This document shows, one piece after another, positions 19,301-27,268 of a DNA stretch of 64,000 nt (the first letter of the stretch is position 1; every line of letters starts with the position of its first letter). Both the position numbers and the translations under genes were made by a program. Location of the stretch: IMG/VR virus record IMGVR_UViG_3300027836_000011, positions 1,952-65,951 of that record; one strand, written 5' to 3'. This stretch comes from a virus. The notes below the pieces were generated by a model, which was given only the letters and a program-made list of their open reading frames with translations, searched no databases and was not told the origin of the DNA.

Positions 19301-21478
19301 ATCTTTTTTACTTGAAGGAAAAGCCGCAGCTAAATCTTCATCAGACATTTTCATATAATCTTTTAACTGATCTTCAAATAAATTAGCACCACCTGTAGTT
19401 AATACAGTATGTATTTGTTGAAATTTAGCAAAGTCAGTTTCATCAACAAAATCAAATTGATCATTAGCTATAGAAGCTAATGTCTTTCCTTGAGCTGCTG
19501 CTTTTTGTTGTAAAAAATTATATTTCTTAGGATCAAAAATTGCACCTGGATCTTCAGCTTGTGCATTCCAAACAGCATTGTATGTATCAACTACAGATTT
19601 TATGTAGTTCTCTTTATTTTGTTTATACTCAGCATACTTCTCAGGATTAGAAACTCTTTGGTATAGAGCAGGTACTCCTTGAAAGAATAATTTTTGTGGT
19701 CCGGAAACCACACCACCCATTAAAAATCCTGACATAAATGTATCAAAACCTTGAGCAGAGAATTGTTCTCCAATTCCAGCTTTAACTGAAGCATTAAATA
19801 ATTCAGGACCACCACTCATTGGATCCTTTAATAGAGCTGTATAATAATTCTTTGTTCCTACTGATATAGCTTCTTGAGAAATTTCTTGAATACCTTCACC
19901 AAAGTTAGCAGCAAAATATCTCAATGAACCTTGACCTACTTTTGTTAGATTACCTTTAACTCCTGCATTAGCAATTGTTGTAGCTAAACCTTTAAGTCCT
20001 GTACCAGCATCTTTAAATGGGCTCAATGCTTTTACACCATCTTTCCCAACTGTTCTTGCAGTTTTAATAATTCTACTACCAACACCTTTTGCTTCTTCAT
20101 TGAATATTCTACCCAATGATTTATTAAACCCTCCTAATGAATTGCCTAAAACTAATTTGTTTGTCAAAAATATAACAGGCATGTTTGTCATTGTAGTTGC
20201 AAATGCAGCTTTGTGTGCATTGTTTTGAATATCAGCAACTTGTTCTGTAGTAACGGGACTTCCATTATTTTCAGCAAACTTAATATCCATACCGTCTTTA
20301 ACCATTTGATTATAGACCATACCACCTTCAAGTTTACTTTCTGATAGTGCTAAATTTAAACCTCTTAAATCTCTATAAAATGAACCAGCATACTCTGATG
20401 CTTTGGCCATGTTAGTTAAATTTTGTGCAACTGATTCTGTAGTTTTTAATCTTCTAACGGCAGCCATTGTCTCAGGTGCAAAAATACCAGCTGTCATTTT
20501 AGCTCCAGCTTTACTTACTGCCCAAAAATCTTTTGCTGCATCAATACCTTTTAAGGTATTCATCATTGTTCTTCCGGCACCATACATTCTACCAACAGTA
20601 GTTGCTTGACCAATAGCTCTTCCTAATCTTACAGCATTAGCTCCAGTTCTTGCCGCTACTAAACCAGATGCACCACCTAATGTTACAACTTCTAAAGCAG
20701 CTAAAGCAACTTCCTCTAAGGCAATAGAACTAATAATACCCACCGTATATGCAGAGTTCAATAATAAATTATTAGTCCAAGCCATTGCACCACCTCTACT
20801 TGAATTACCAATTGCCATGGCATCTTCAAATTCATTGGCAGATTTTAAATCTGTTGTCATGGATTCACCTGTAAACATAGATCCAATTGATCTATAACCA
20901 CTAACAAAACCAGTTCCAGCTAGACTTCCAAATTGACCCCACATTCTACTCATGTCATCATAGATGGTAGAGTTTGCATTATAGTATGCTTCATTATCTG
21001 AAAAGGGTTTCCATCCTAATTCTTGAAATTTAGGATGCTCATAGTAACGTTTAAAATTAGTTTGAACCATTCCTGCAAAATCAGGAGAAGCTATACCAGT
21101 TCCGGGTTTTATATTTTTTTTAAAGTTTTGAACAGTAGATTGTAAACTTTGATCCATCATTCTTTCAAATCCACCAGGCTCTCTTAAATTTGGTGGATTT
21201 TGTTGAAGAACAGGATCAAATGTATTAGAAGACAACGTTGGTCTTCTTGCAGCAGCATTTCCATTTGATCTAATTCCAGTACTATCTATCAATGGTTTTA
21301 GTGCATCAAGCTGTTGTAATTGTGCCAAATCCATTCTACTCATAAGAGCATTATTTTCTGGAGTGTCAAACATATCCATTACAGGTTGGAAAGAATTATC
21401 TTTTGGGATAACACTTTCTGTAACTTGATTATTTAAAATTGTTTGATCTAAACTGTTATTTTCAATTTGATTTTCCAT
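7355..21478 (-). CDS. Giant virion-packaged RNA polymerase (crAss-like two-barrel RNAP, 4707 aa) fused to a zincin metalloprotease domain
   Basis: GVRIPSQ (RIP at 10340-10348) is followed by GADFDIDK (DFDID at 10217-10231), the catalytic loop known from crAss-like virion RNAPs such as phi14:2 gp66. YHEAFHG (14627-14641) has a downstream EEYLAD. The N-terminal region has Gly/Ala-rich hydrophobic segments. Confidence 0.88.
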   Translation of the reverse strand: MENQIENNSLDQTILNNQVTESVIPKDNSFQPVMDMFDTPENNALMSRMDLAQLQQLDALKPLIDSTGIRSNGNAAARRPTLSSNTFDPVLQQNPPNLREPGGFERMMDQSLQSTVQNFKKNIKPGTGIASPDFAGMVQTNFKRYYEHPKFQELGWKPFSDNEAYYNANSTIYDDMSRMWGQFGSLAGTGFVSGYRSIGSMFTGESMTTDLKSANEFEDAMAIGNSSRGGAMAWTNNLLLNSAYTVGIISSIALEEVALAALEVVTLGGASGLVAARTGANAVRLGRAIGQATTVGRMYGAGRTMMNTLKGIDAAKDFWAVSKAGAKMTAGIFAPETMAAVRRLKTTESVAQNLTNMAKASEYAGSFYRDLRGLNLALSESKLEGGMVYNQMVKDGMDIKFAENNGSPVTTEQVADIQNNAHKAAFATTMTNMPVIFLTNKLVLGNSLGGFNKSLGRIFNEEAKGVGSRIIKTARTVGKDGVKALSPFKDAGTGLKGLATTIANAGVKGNLTKVGQGSLRYFAANFGEGIQEISQEAISVGTKNYYTALLKDPMSGGPELFNASVKAGIGEQFSAQGFDTFMSGFLMGGVVSGPQKLFFQGVPALYQRVSNPEKYAEYKQNKENYIKSVVDTYNAVWNAQAEDPGAIFDPKKYNFLQQKAAAQGKTLASIANDQFDFVDETDFAKFQQIHTVLTTGGANLFEDQLKDYMKMSDEDLAAAFPSSKKDIKNGKIRERLQSLVNQIDRTETVYEQSKDRYQNPFMPESFEKGSRQWTEETIKKVAFEHARYLYMFTQDGFTRALERSNNIYQNLVSEPLFDKMAANDLTVLLDQNSIDKEIQMLTEEAIILSGDPTNTARVKEKTEKVERLSAFKNILMNEENQAKDGSFDKRKIGALRKEFENYVKYMAKQSGTFVNKEAVDAALKQIIDYNALQGRAKVYDKTIEYLNDPQKFDLVFQRTAEVLQEQYKNRKAIFEQQVRDYTDVIERNELANQIAKLGYIPNNVEMKMFLETGDSKYLKTFYNQKGEQLTSFDKEALEDIQGLLSDYEQTRPDKKVEEVKTEEETAEESRDEVDDILDNVIIDVEVSVKDSVVLENTMKKAYAKYAVKETTAGRKPVTFDKWVNSESGKNHRAAFIAVKKIWISNDKLINPNNPLTEEEIRTEAGLIPWLQSQEGKTNDLVESVVNALGLTIDDVTGQTELLPNEGEAVEGNKNITTVKKGNTVSLVELKTLDSEGNTVISYQLVDQSKQPIDEETLTRYGIPTFGIFAEGDKAKALSMQKTLDNAAPDSTQFIFDDVTLNYGQLVYDLSGKEFIVLSQPKQVGTERKLMLIASDDISPSIDETTNASFKIAQGEFKASFTVQALDLKVLPQNVSRLNINEPIQPYAYRNKDVVTNQWLESPEQATARYNLVMSVLSPEELSQLELVVTLDPEGGVNNGNLIIPGFKEANPYIQTVRAKYSVGIRTSNPETQAKIDAAIEASGLNKSNSSNGVFGFMQNTNFVITNSQGTVINPSTMTAEDYKNLIYVPAGMSVNTEEDLKRAQNNFALNNLLSSALPELIANNPDGVISISKLPSGLSFISKPGITVYDKTPKSLNDLEFKSADENGNYLIYQLENNKGGSRTKVAISNLEGEERRELIDRVEESLTKQGMLDSITSLTDAYVAAVLLQDGSYALVNLKAKSIDLNTKFLELLDRAQLTLSENPEKNVEKFDKRFNVDYNKALRSELFISAKPGFRLSLQVSPWGKIELEISDSNNKQIGIVRLNKADILNKDLSVDQKLKLLLDQFNELPAVVASDVNLTAANFRASYSREAGVQEIIEKTTTEVAPQVSSVSAIQLSADSGAIQAAKNIPVVTQGVFTPTEMFTDAQGNPIPKGPELRTAADPMQDRRKDLFPDQSEFADVVGGSNKNSNISSYKEVNGVGIAEYTNPENGLVDVIMTGKSDNDYVGYIRIYTKSIVNGNVVITPSNRWTSKMENKSGDKASFKSMMTEVQKLLPAGHEYTEKTNISLDGLRVYANNLKRDYEVLTVNGNPVTNNVELNKATLEKLKNAKTEDEIQDLYERQTGITQDEFNKIKEQVTSLMPGVQLLFNQADGSVIIKLPVLVSTKADVSNVVTPEEKADRINTDSINPEDINVDDINALRNGVRLNKLEGVKQQLEILKAQLTQGLVGAAKIKAVKESKEYQDLLAERKKLESEANKIVSVEDAAADVEDIDVFTEWAGNNLPSFISIADIETLGNNLKNAGVRVGAFVLNLNDLGGGLTVNGTLFTGARSPFRYHEAFHGVFRMLLTDAEITKYLAIARKEVRAKLRAEGKSFEAELERFRNSADTYSNMSRERLEQEYYEEYLADEFEKFKTNAKSTQTDSSVKSLFTRIMEWIKSVFQSFTKNQLLTLYENIDAGKFKNASINSNQFVNSLMTGVSLEANALLPYDTEQNANNKIGYYFLDSAIAEPLVSSIAAMYIQEIQKVRDPNVKRGDILENVMNDFAALYDEETESNQKLSDEQKKFLPQINEVFYNFSDELKSEVFKVLNIITKQTQEEEYNNEYFEEQVGLRNVEQYNMDASMIGGFGSLSEGLRSYLATTTIEETDYFGNTELKPGVKLIVPINFTSAYNGLLKAVKNIDDPKKMLQNMYFFGLDNPQTGAVVTRLLQDFGISVDTLLESGPLPTKIKNAALFQSVVKGFTTFRVDYLFVQRDNAGAVLIYSAAQRDDINSQLESWSQAWGQAEKKIKSDVKVKNETVRTLEDFASYLKPSDTEISDPKLSELSSKYSQDIFRLTGIKLSKQFIAFSIASSRNNPTVPQAALVNANSEQTPISYSDILEINKLIQQGNDIFSEGETGASSRIRTLAIQNAPFDETIGASVFKNPEGNLVYAHQLPTFHLKRIQELNDVAELERLKDSDPYLRNNFLLNSEAFIQMSAENRQKVLRIAGSSVGKINSTEEELNDKISGVSNKASYGNYTPQEFALSILNTYTALLNTKSNKVDSVEYFDNVLNKTVKAALAPVLLRVLEASNTGDLTYLPVIKAVKFDKPGGGKVVLTDETINAFATNIETEYDRIRRESNPETKTQEIQLGYNTNNGRAFKLINSGLLLTPELKASLEEIAKRENAPSLADALKELNITDKAFKSIVNAQLESQYNKFSEGIKELQIEDQLSKNITEGLAATTKPNQNLVESAELLNLTYDKEYNLKQIFFNDWINTSAINEVLLGDQAVTLKDGVDAVKRAKMQNAAYYSAYTSISAEDMGVMHTVDDISLVALEEPIGVSALTGSNIDRSDAQMWMTTKAFRYMWFGFGKLNPAQARLIDKIEAGEDISSEEIFGQDGYVDMDSMLNSKKLVYGDGKTFIKMSAFVLTPQLTSNKIVDENGNVTFVPKENKVDLHNLRVKLEAIEKTKETISIAAPLTALKMLKQRVNPLSDLGNTNSFTNGHSTLSAKYMGLQVLTPSNKTEVIDPTQVKNIVTSEQKDDVFVEALNMTVGQIRTAYNLATSAKVELKYKNKRNLIFSFEKGMQELAISKQNNKVTPNLMAFLRYATEGLKASQASSNLLEFFSTQDGEQKYDLNNPITLNKFEQLFLSYLSKGALAEKAPGHAVALVSDFGTKVYRRVFSVDENGVPDRSEIIRENVWNSMANKPELGAYDTLSVTLKDNKNGVVILDRLRSGVKEYDKDGNFTGERYTEMLMPAHFKSVMDLVENTDSAFPDVLSKMFGVRIPSQDNHSTINIKHVDFLPAFYGSSAMFAQELIEISGADFDIDKVYMQIKEFYEDKGKFYEYGKQTTDNGKYTDYLKYVSEKVNKSGTVYAEALQLYKNDFQAASVQNSVTDIEQEVASDAGLSENGIKALQILGLPITKDQYLEYKKKFREPYEAPMSNAILDYKYALMGNTGVTETTNENETPISYTSASLQILTDELKALEQVLPGLLERSREDNIDINNIIGKIKAFTNNKGAAIGAIVLPNVYLSLLTEYGITINEKGPAISINGITYDDFGVTREQLANGIEGLRKQDIISSLITMATDNAKERLVAKLGLNKHALGVVANLTALGVPIKTSLLLINNPMIQDIYSQAFNKKEKLDPGVNGILNAVLSGLVEKTKASKKDDAKATEFIKVNDNLLIDAFNNPEEVTDKEKIAILNLFSNSVKVKDFTSNMSAVAGLTNGLGKDIASINEKSEQIDKLFDKDAMMDLNPIYKSKTWQSKYLEIFNQIKNDLLPVTFLSASENFQLILNKVFENVNSDSIEFTEEIKAKISRDLLSYLTIKAYQQTKLNNDSQSVATLNNNLIYPGGGYQSINDIVDRLRTTDAGQNNFFLDNFVVSVKATDAKNQSGLNLLNANTFRSLNAGQKVDLQNSFAKLYGSLETKNDALSIINYIMVKDGLQTGYASLLEAVSPFTMDSYLSQIETANKALRTDDDANIKKVFGLNKAELESDFVNNYLQSNINGPLLYTLNRSETGALPKGVSIKENKITIKWEDMYGANPKSFVRLKLEDIATGFVTYKTYMSTTEDEATTKVYEEVETQGSNQQNPIGFMFGERPTYKAIRQSLKTKNLGAEQDSFTDSIQFDEMSFAQGVQTAALQDEDATIDATEFGVNVNGNNIANISALEAMLTAEPKTKVEEEVESDIVETGLQTTLLDSMSDLERELYEEFAAEVESDYSAIENFWDENIQKNTEAKENLRVNNNVLSLEDLIEMYDKGIYKDQEEFIDQIKKCNL

Positions 21479-21502
21479 GTATAAGTACCTGAATTATTTT
21501 TT

Positions 21503-21511
21503 GTAAATGTA
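21503..21511 (-). promoter_or_regulatory. Putative promoter element TACATTTAC upstream of the RNAP gene
   Basis: It resembles the Bacteroidota -7 consensus TAnnTTTG (TAnnTTTA variant). The identical 9-mer lies at 42555-42563, and both are 24 nt from the next start codon. Confidence 0.35.
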
Positions 21512-21519
21512 GTGATTTT

Positions 21520-24500
21520 TTATTTTTTCTTTCCGTTAGTAGCAGAGTTTTTATTATAATCTTCCAAGTTTAACTGCCTTTGACTTTCAAAATTTGCTTT
21601 CATTCTTTTAACTTGAGCATCAATTAATTCACCACTATTAAAAGATCCTACTTCTATTGGAGATTGTTGCCAATCACTTGTTCTATAGGTTCCATCAGGT
21701 TGATAAGTATTATATTTGTATGTAGCATAATATTGATCTGTTCCTGTTTTAACAATTCTATATGTTGCAGTAGGTGTCATACCATCTACTCCCGGATAAT
21801 CATATTGTACAAATTTATCAGGACTAGCTTCAATAGCAGATAATGTTCTTGAGTAATATTGATTACGGCTAGATCTTGGATTAATATCTTTTGCTTTATC
21901 AAATACCATACTAATACCATCTTTTAATGCTATTACTTCTTTTGTGGAGAATAACCCATATTCACCGGAGCCATCATCTTTTGCACTACCCGCAGTTTTA
22001 CTAGATAACCATTCATTAAATCCATCAATAGTATAACCAGCTGTAGTTTTTTTACCTTCCCCTGCTGCCCCAAATGTTTCACTATAAGTGATTGTTCCCC
22101 TTGGTGCAATACCTGCTGTATTACTACGTTTAGGATTACCCAACCATGTTGTCATATCAGCTATATAAGCATTGTATGCTTTAAGAGCTAATGCATCATT
22201 ACTTATAGATTTAGTATCTTTTTTATCAGATAAATTACCAAGTACCATTGTATAACTACCGCCTTGTCCATCTAACATATTTTTTTGAGTCATCATTTGA
22301 GCTAAAGTAGTTTGACCTTCCATTGTATTAGATAAGGGATCTACAGGAGCTTTATATACTTTGGCTATATCCATCTCAGTTACACCGGTTTTTCCATACA
22401 ATGTACCTTTAAAAGTTCCTGTTTCAAATTTACCATATTTACCATCAATATGACCTGTCAAAGCACTATTAGTTTTTTGTTTGATCTTATCATATACTAA
22501 ACCAGCTTCAGCTTCAATAGCTTCCATATCTAAAACTTTTTTGCCAGTTTTTACTGTAGTACCTGCATCATATGGACCACCATATGTTGTAGTTATTTCT
22601 TCATCTTTTAAATATTTTGAATCATTGGTACCTGTATCTATAGTCCAAGATAAATTAACATTCTTTACTTTTCCTTTTTTAACAAGTTCAGCAACATACT
22701 TAATATATGCGGGCTTAGACATTTGTTGAGATACCCCAGATGGTAAAGTTTGATATATACCTGGCATACCACCATTTTCCATTAAATCTTTTACATCTGA
22801 GTCTTCACCTTTAACAAGTGCAACTGCAGCATCATGTGTCTTTTTATAAGTATTACTTAAAGTTTTGAACGTTTGTTTTTGCACCTGAACTTGCGTATTA
22901 ATTCCTTGATCAGAATATACTTGTTGGTATAAATCATTATACGTTTTTTGTTTAGCTTTACCCGGATACTTAGCCATTTGTTTTGGATCATTCAATATTT
23001 TAGATTGTTGATCATATAAAGCATCTATATCATTCTGATATGTATAAGCTCCAGTTTTATCTTTTGTACCAAGTTTATTTTTTATTTGCTCAATACTTCC
23101 TGTAAAATTTTGACCAGCAACTTTAACTGTATATTTTTGAGTTGGTTTACCAGCATTGTCTATTTCACCAGCAGGTTGTAAAAATGTTAATATACCAGTA
23201 GCAACACTAAGTTGTTTGTCTCCAGTTTCAGTTCTTGCTGCAGTATAATCAGTATATAACTTAGCATACATATTTGTATTTTCATCAGGTCTTCCTTCTT
23301 CATCAACAGGATATTCAGCATTTACAGCAGTTCCTGCAGCAGCAGCAGCCGCTTGAGCAACTGTCAATACAGGACTAACAGGTACAATTTCTCCTTTTGC
23401 TTTAGCTAAGTCATAATCAATTTGACCCTTAACATTAGCTAACTCAATTGCATTTTCATGTTGTTGGCCAATTTTAGCCATATCAAATTGAAATTGTTTT
23501 TGTTGTTTAGCATACTCATTAACTTTCATTGTATACTCCATATCTCTGGCACCATATGCTTGAGCAGCAGCTTGCATATCTTTAGATATGTTATTCTGCA
23601 TTAAAAGATTATATGCTTTATTCAATGTACCATCAAAATCTTTTACAGGTGCACTAGATGTTTTTTGAACATTTAGTTTTGCATCTAGTGCAGCTTTAGT
23701 TGCTTCATAAGATGAACGTTCTCCAAGCATTGCTTTCTCATCATCTGAACCAGGAACAATTCCATTATCAGCTTGATAATTATCCCATCTAACATTTGCG
23801 TCTTTAGCTAATGCTAAAGCTTTAATATCTTTTTTTAGATAGTATTCATTTTGTTGAGTTATTCTATTGATTGTTTCAGATGCCCAAGCTGCTTGACCTT
23901 CTTCTTTAGTTGTAAACATTCCATTGGCCATACCTTCTGCAGCAAAATCTCTACCTCTTACAAAAGCTTGATTCTGATAATGTCTCACAACTCTTGGATC
24001 ATCAAGCAAAGCTTTTTGAATATATTGTAATGCAGGACCAGTAACTAGATTACCATTTTGTTCTGTAATAATCCAATCAGTATTTACTGAACCATCTGGA
24101 TTTGTACCATAGTGATCAACCTTCATTTTCAAAGGTGGCTTCATTGCACCTAAAGTCTCTTGTGCTAATTCAATTAAATCAGCATCTTCAACAAATTTAG
24201 GTAACCCCATCTTCATTGCTTTATTAGGGTCAGCATTTATAAAGTCTTCCATATGGTATTGTAAACCTTTTACACCATCTTGAGAATACTTTTCTCTTTG
24301 CTTTTGATCTGGAGAATCTATAAGTCTATTAGCATAATCCATTTCTTTTCTATAGTTAGAAGTATGCATTATATCACTAACTATTAAATCATCTTCAAAG
24401 AATGGAGCAAACACTGCTTTAGCAGAGTCTGCATTTTGTACCATTGATAAATCCATCCCTGAGATTTTCTCTAAAGATGGAGCTATTTGATTTATATATT

Positions 24501-24696
24501 GGTCTCTTTGTTCTTTGGTATCTTTTCTAGACAAATCTGCATAGACAACTTTATTGTAAAGGTCATTAGTTGCCTTCCAATTTGTATTGTATTTATCCGT
24601 TCTTACATCAAGAACAGCAGACAAAAATTTATAGTCTGGTGTAAATGGTTTGATATCCGGTAAATATGTTTCTGCTCCTGGTACGTATGTTGCCAT
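21520..24696 (-). CDS. Putative virion cargo/ejection protein (1058 aa)
   Basis: Long ORF between the tail muzzle gene and the RNAP gene, where crAss-like cargo genes sit. It has a helical N-terminal region and an Ala-rich segment (VAQAAAAAAGTAV). No enzyme motif was recognised. Confidence 0.55.
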   Translation of the reverse strand: MATYVPGAETYLPDIKPFTPDYKFLSAVLDVRTDKYNTNWKATNDLYNKVVYADLSRKDTKEQRDQYINQIAPSLEKISGMDLSMVQNADSAKAVFAPFFEDDLIVSDIMHTSNYRKEMDYANRLIDSPDQKQREKYSQDGVKGLQYHMEDFINADPNKAMKMGLPKFVEDADLIELAQETLGAMKPPLKMKVDHYGTNPDGSVNTDWIITEQNGNLVTGPALQYIQKALLDDPRVVRHYQNQAFVRGRDFAAEGMANGMFTTKEEGQAAWASETINRITQQNEYYLKKDIKALALAKDANVRWDNYQADNGIVPGSDDEKAMLGERSSYEATKAALDAKLNVQKTSSAPVKDFDGTLNKAYNLLMQNNISKDMQAAAQAYGARDMEYTMKVNEYAKQQKQFQFDMAKIGQQHENAIELANVKGQIDYDLAKAKGEIVPVSPVLTVAQAAAAAAGTAVNAEYPVDEEGRPDENTNMYAKLYTDYTAARTETGDKQLSVATGILTFLQPAGEIDNAGKPTQKYTVKVAGQNFTGSIEQIKNKLGTKDKTGAYTYQNDIDALYDQQSKILNDPKQMAKYPGKAKQKTYNDLYQQVYSDQGINTQVQVQKQTFKTLSNTYKKTHDAAVALVKGEDSDVKDLMENGGMPGIYQTLPSGVSQQMSKPAYIKYVAELVKKGKVKNVNLSWTIDTGTNDSKYLKDEEITTTYGGPYDAGTTVKTGKKVLDMEAIEAEAGLVYDKIKQKTNSALTGHIDGKYGKFETGTFKGTLYGKTGVTEMDIAKVYKAPVDPLSNTMEGQTTLAQMMTQKNMLDGQGGSYTMVLGNLSDKKDTKSISNDALALKAYNAYIADMTTWLGNPKRSNTAGIAPRGTITYSETFGAAGEGKKTTAGYTIDGFNEWLSSKTAGSAKDDGSGEYGLFSTKEVIALKDGISMVFDKAKDINPRSSRNQYYSRTLSAIEASPDKFVQYDYPGVDGMTPTATYRIVKTGTDQYYATYKYNTYQPDGTYRTSDWQQSPIEVGSFNSGELIDAQVKRMKANFESQRQLNLEDYNKNSATNGKKK

Positions 24697-24755
24697 AATT
24701 GTAAATTACTAAAATTTATTAAGTTTAACAAGATAAATCATAAAACTTTTAAAGT

Positions 24756-27266
24756 TTATGCACCCATCTTTCCTGTATAGAATGGTACTATCATTCTTTT
24801 TATTTCTTTTCCTGATTTACTCTGAGTCTGTGGATAACCTTGTGGTGCACCTCTTCTCTGCATTTCTAATTGAGCATTGCTTATATCAGGAGTTGCTGAA
24901 GGACTCATACCCATATATAATTTTAAGAAATCCATATCAACCTTTTGATCTGGTCCTAAATTTTTCTTTAGTTCAGCATATGAATCTAATATCATTTTTT
25001 GTCTATCAGGTTCTTTTCCAACTTTTTGTAAAGCTTTACCACCTTTAAATCCAATAGGCCCACCTGTTGTAGGATCTATAGCATAGTAATCATAAATTGA
25101 ATTTAGATTATAGGTATTAGCTCTATTAGTAAGAGCAGTATTAAACAGTTCAGCTTCTTTACCTATCTTCCAATTTTGGAAATTATCAGCAGCTTGCAAT
25201 GTTTTTTGTGTATCATCATATACTTTAATGTTTCTACCTTGATTAATTGCATCAGTCTGCATATTCAATTGTGCTTGCATTGGAGCTACCTGATTCATTA
25301 TACCAACATTATTCATATTAGTTCTATTGATAGCTTGTGCATTTGCATCTATTGTTTGACCTTGAATATTTGAAGTAGCCACAGCTTGTGGTCCACCAAC
25401 AGCCCCTAAAGCTTGAGCCATAGTATTTGCAGCTGCTGAATTTGCATTAGCAGCTCCTCTCCAATCATCTAGTACATAATCTATTTTAGCTGGTCCAGCA
25501 TCTGGTGCCCATGGTAAATACAAATTATCATCAACTAAACTTAATGCATTCAAGTTATTTCTATCTTGTGCCCACCATTCAGGTTGAGGTGCAATATATT
25601 CTTCAACTGGAGGAATTTCCAAAGGAGGTCTTGGTTCTGGCGGTACATCAACAGTAAATGTTGCATCAGCTGGTTCAGCAGGAGTAAGTTTAAAACGTGG
25701 AGCATTATAAGTATGCAATCCTAATTTACTATCAAATCCTTGTCCCTTAACATAACCTTTAGTTCCTTTTTCTTTCCAATATGGTACATATTCTTTATCA
25801 TCACCAAATGCGGCAATGTGTTCTTTTCTTCTTGTATCTTCAGCCTTTCTTTGAAACTGTGCCCATTGAGGATCATCAGGTGCTTTGTCATAATCAAATC
25901 CAGGAATAGTTGCCGCAACATCTCCCCATCTAGCTTCAAAATCAGCTCTTGATTCTGCACTTTTAATATCTTCAGAACCATATGCACCACCTGCAGTATT
26001 TTGAAATTCAGGTCTAGTACCTTGTGATAATCTACCAAATTGATAAACACCAATTGGACTTTCATTTATTGCTTTTTCTTGACCTGCAATGTCTTCACCA
26101 TAAATAGATACAGAACCCTGACCTTTTTGATTTTGACCAGCAATTTTTTCTTTAGCTAATTGTGCTTCTTTTTCTGCTTTAAATTTTGGATCTTCAGCTG
26201 CAATCTTTTTAAAGTTATAAGTTTGTTTCCCGTCTACAACAGAACCTTTCACAACTTCAAATTTACCAGAGTCAATCATTTTTTGAGCTTCTGCATATTT
26301 AGGATGATCTTTAGGAAGTGGGTTGACAGGTTTTTCTTTACCATCTTGATACATTGCTATTTCTCTACCATATCTTGCCATGCCTTCATTACCCATAGCC
26401 ATAACATCTTCATCAGCCATAGCCAATTGTTGTTCTTGCATTGAAGGATCTTCAAATGATTGTTCTTGTTGTTGAGGTTGTTGTCCATCAACTTGAGCCA
26501 TCATCTCTTGCAATTGTAATAACTGTTGTTGTTGTTCAGGAGATAATGCATTAAACGCTTTCATCTGAGCTTGCTTCTTAGTGATGTTTTCTACTTTAGC
26601 AGTAAACTCAATTGGATCTTCTCCAATAGAAACTAAGTATGGATGAGCAGCTAATGGCACACCATCTTCAAATTTCTTTTTAAGTTCTTGACCAAATGCT
26701 AATTTAGATAATCCCATCATATTTTTCTTCAACATCATTTCAGAACTACGTGCTGTTATCTCATCTGCAAATTGATCTTTCATTGCACCATAGTACTTAT
26801 TAAGATCATATTTTTTAGATACTTGTGCAGGAGTCATTCTTGATTTAGTTTCTATACCATACTCAGCTAATTCTTCTTGATTAAATCTCATTTTATCTGT
26901 ATCAGAATAAATAAAAGATTGTTCTGGTAAAAACATTGGCACACCACCTTTAGAGTGTCTTGGTCCATTTATATTATATAAACCAAATTGATTGTCATTG
27001 TTTAAATCAGTTAATACAGTTTCACCACCTTCAGCTTCAATGTTTGCTTTGTCCCTAGGTACACCAGATAAACTGTATCTAACAGATTCATCTCTTGTAG
27101 TATTCATGCTAGCATTATTGTAATAGTCTTGAGGTAAAGTAACTAAACCATAACCAGCTTGATCACCAGTCACATAGCCACCCTCTCTCATCATTTGATC
27201 TTCTTCTATTTTACCATTAACTAATTTGAAGCCTGCAGGTAAACTATTTATTTTAATTTTTGCCAT
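24756..27266 (-). CDS. Putative virion cargo protein (836 aa)
   Basis: Contains EAEGGE...GPRHSKGGVP, recalled from crAss-like cargo proteins, plus a Gln/Met-rich low-complexity stretch (~26400-26570) and GG linkers. Confidence 0.55.
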   Translation of the reverse strand: MAKIKINSLPAGFKLVNGKIEEDQMMREGGYVTGDQAGYGLVTLPQDYYNNASMNTTRDESVRYSLSGVPRDKANIEAEGGETVLTDLNNDNQFGLYNINGPRHSKGGVPMFLPEQSFIYSDTDKMRFNQEELAEYGIETKSRMTPAQVSKKYDLNKYYGAMKDQFADEITARSSEMMLKKNMMGLSKLAFGQELKKKFEDGVPLAAHPYLVSIGEDPIEFTAKVENITKKQAQMKAFNALSPEQQQQLLQLQEMMAQVDGQQPQQQEQSFEDPSMQEQQLAMADEDVMAMGNEGMARYGREIAMYQDGKEKPVNPLPKDHPKYAEAQKMIDSGKFEVVKGSVVDGKQTYNFKKIAAEDPKFKAEKEAQLAKEKIAGQNQKGQGSVSIYGEDIAGQEKAINESPIGVYQFGRLSQGTRPEFQNTAGGAYGSEDIKSAESRADFEARWGDVAATIPGFDYDKAPDDPQWAQFQRKAEDTRRKEHIAAFGDDKEYVPYWKEKGTKGYVKGQGFDSKLGLHTYNAPRFKLTPAEPADATFTVDVPPEPRPPLEIPPVEEYIAPQPEWWAQDRNNLNALSLVDDNLYLPWAPDAGPAKIDYVLDDWRGAANANSAAANTMAQALGAVGGPQAVATSNIQGQTIDANAQAINRTNMNNVGIMNQVAPMQAQLNMQTDAINQGRNIKVYDDTQKTLQAADNFQNWKIGKEAELFNTALTNRANTYNLNSIYDYYAIDPTTGGPIGFKGGKALQKVGKEPDRQKMILDSYAELKKNLGPDQKVDMDFLKLYMGMSPSATPDISNAQLEMQRRGAPQGYPQTQSKSGKEIKRMIVPFYTGKMGA

Positions 27267-27268
27267 AG

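Noticed and set aside
26400-26570. CAA/CAG-rich tract as a DNA-level tandem repeat or contingency locus
   Set aside because: Mixed codons encoding a Gln/Met-rich linker; no perfect repeat long enough to suggest slippage control.
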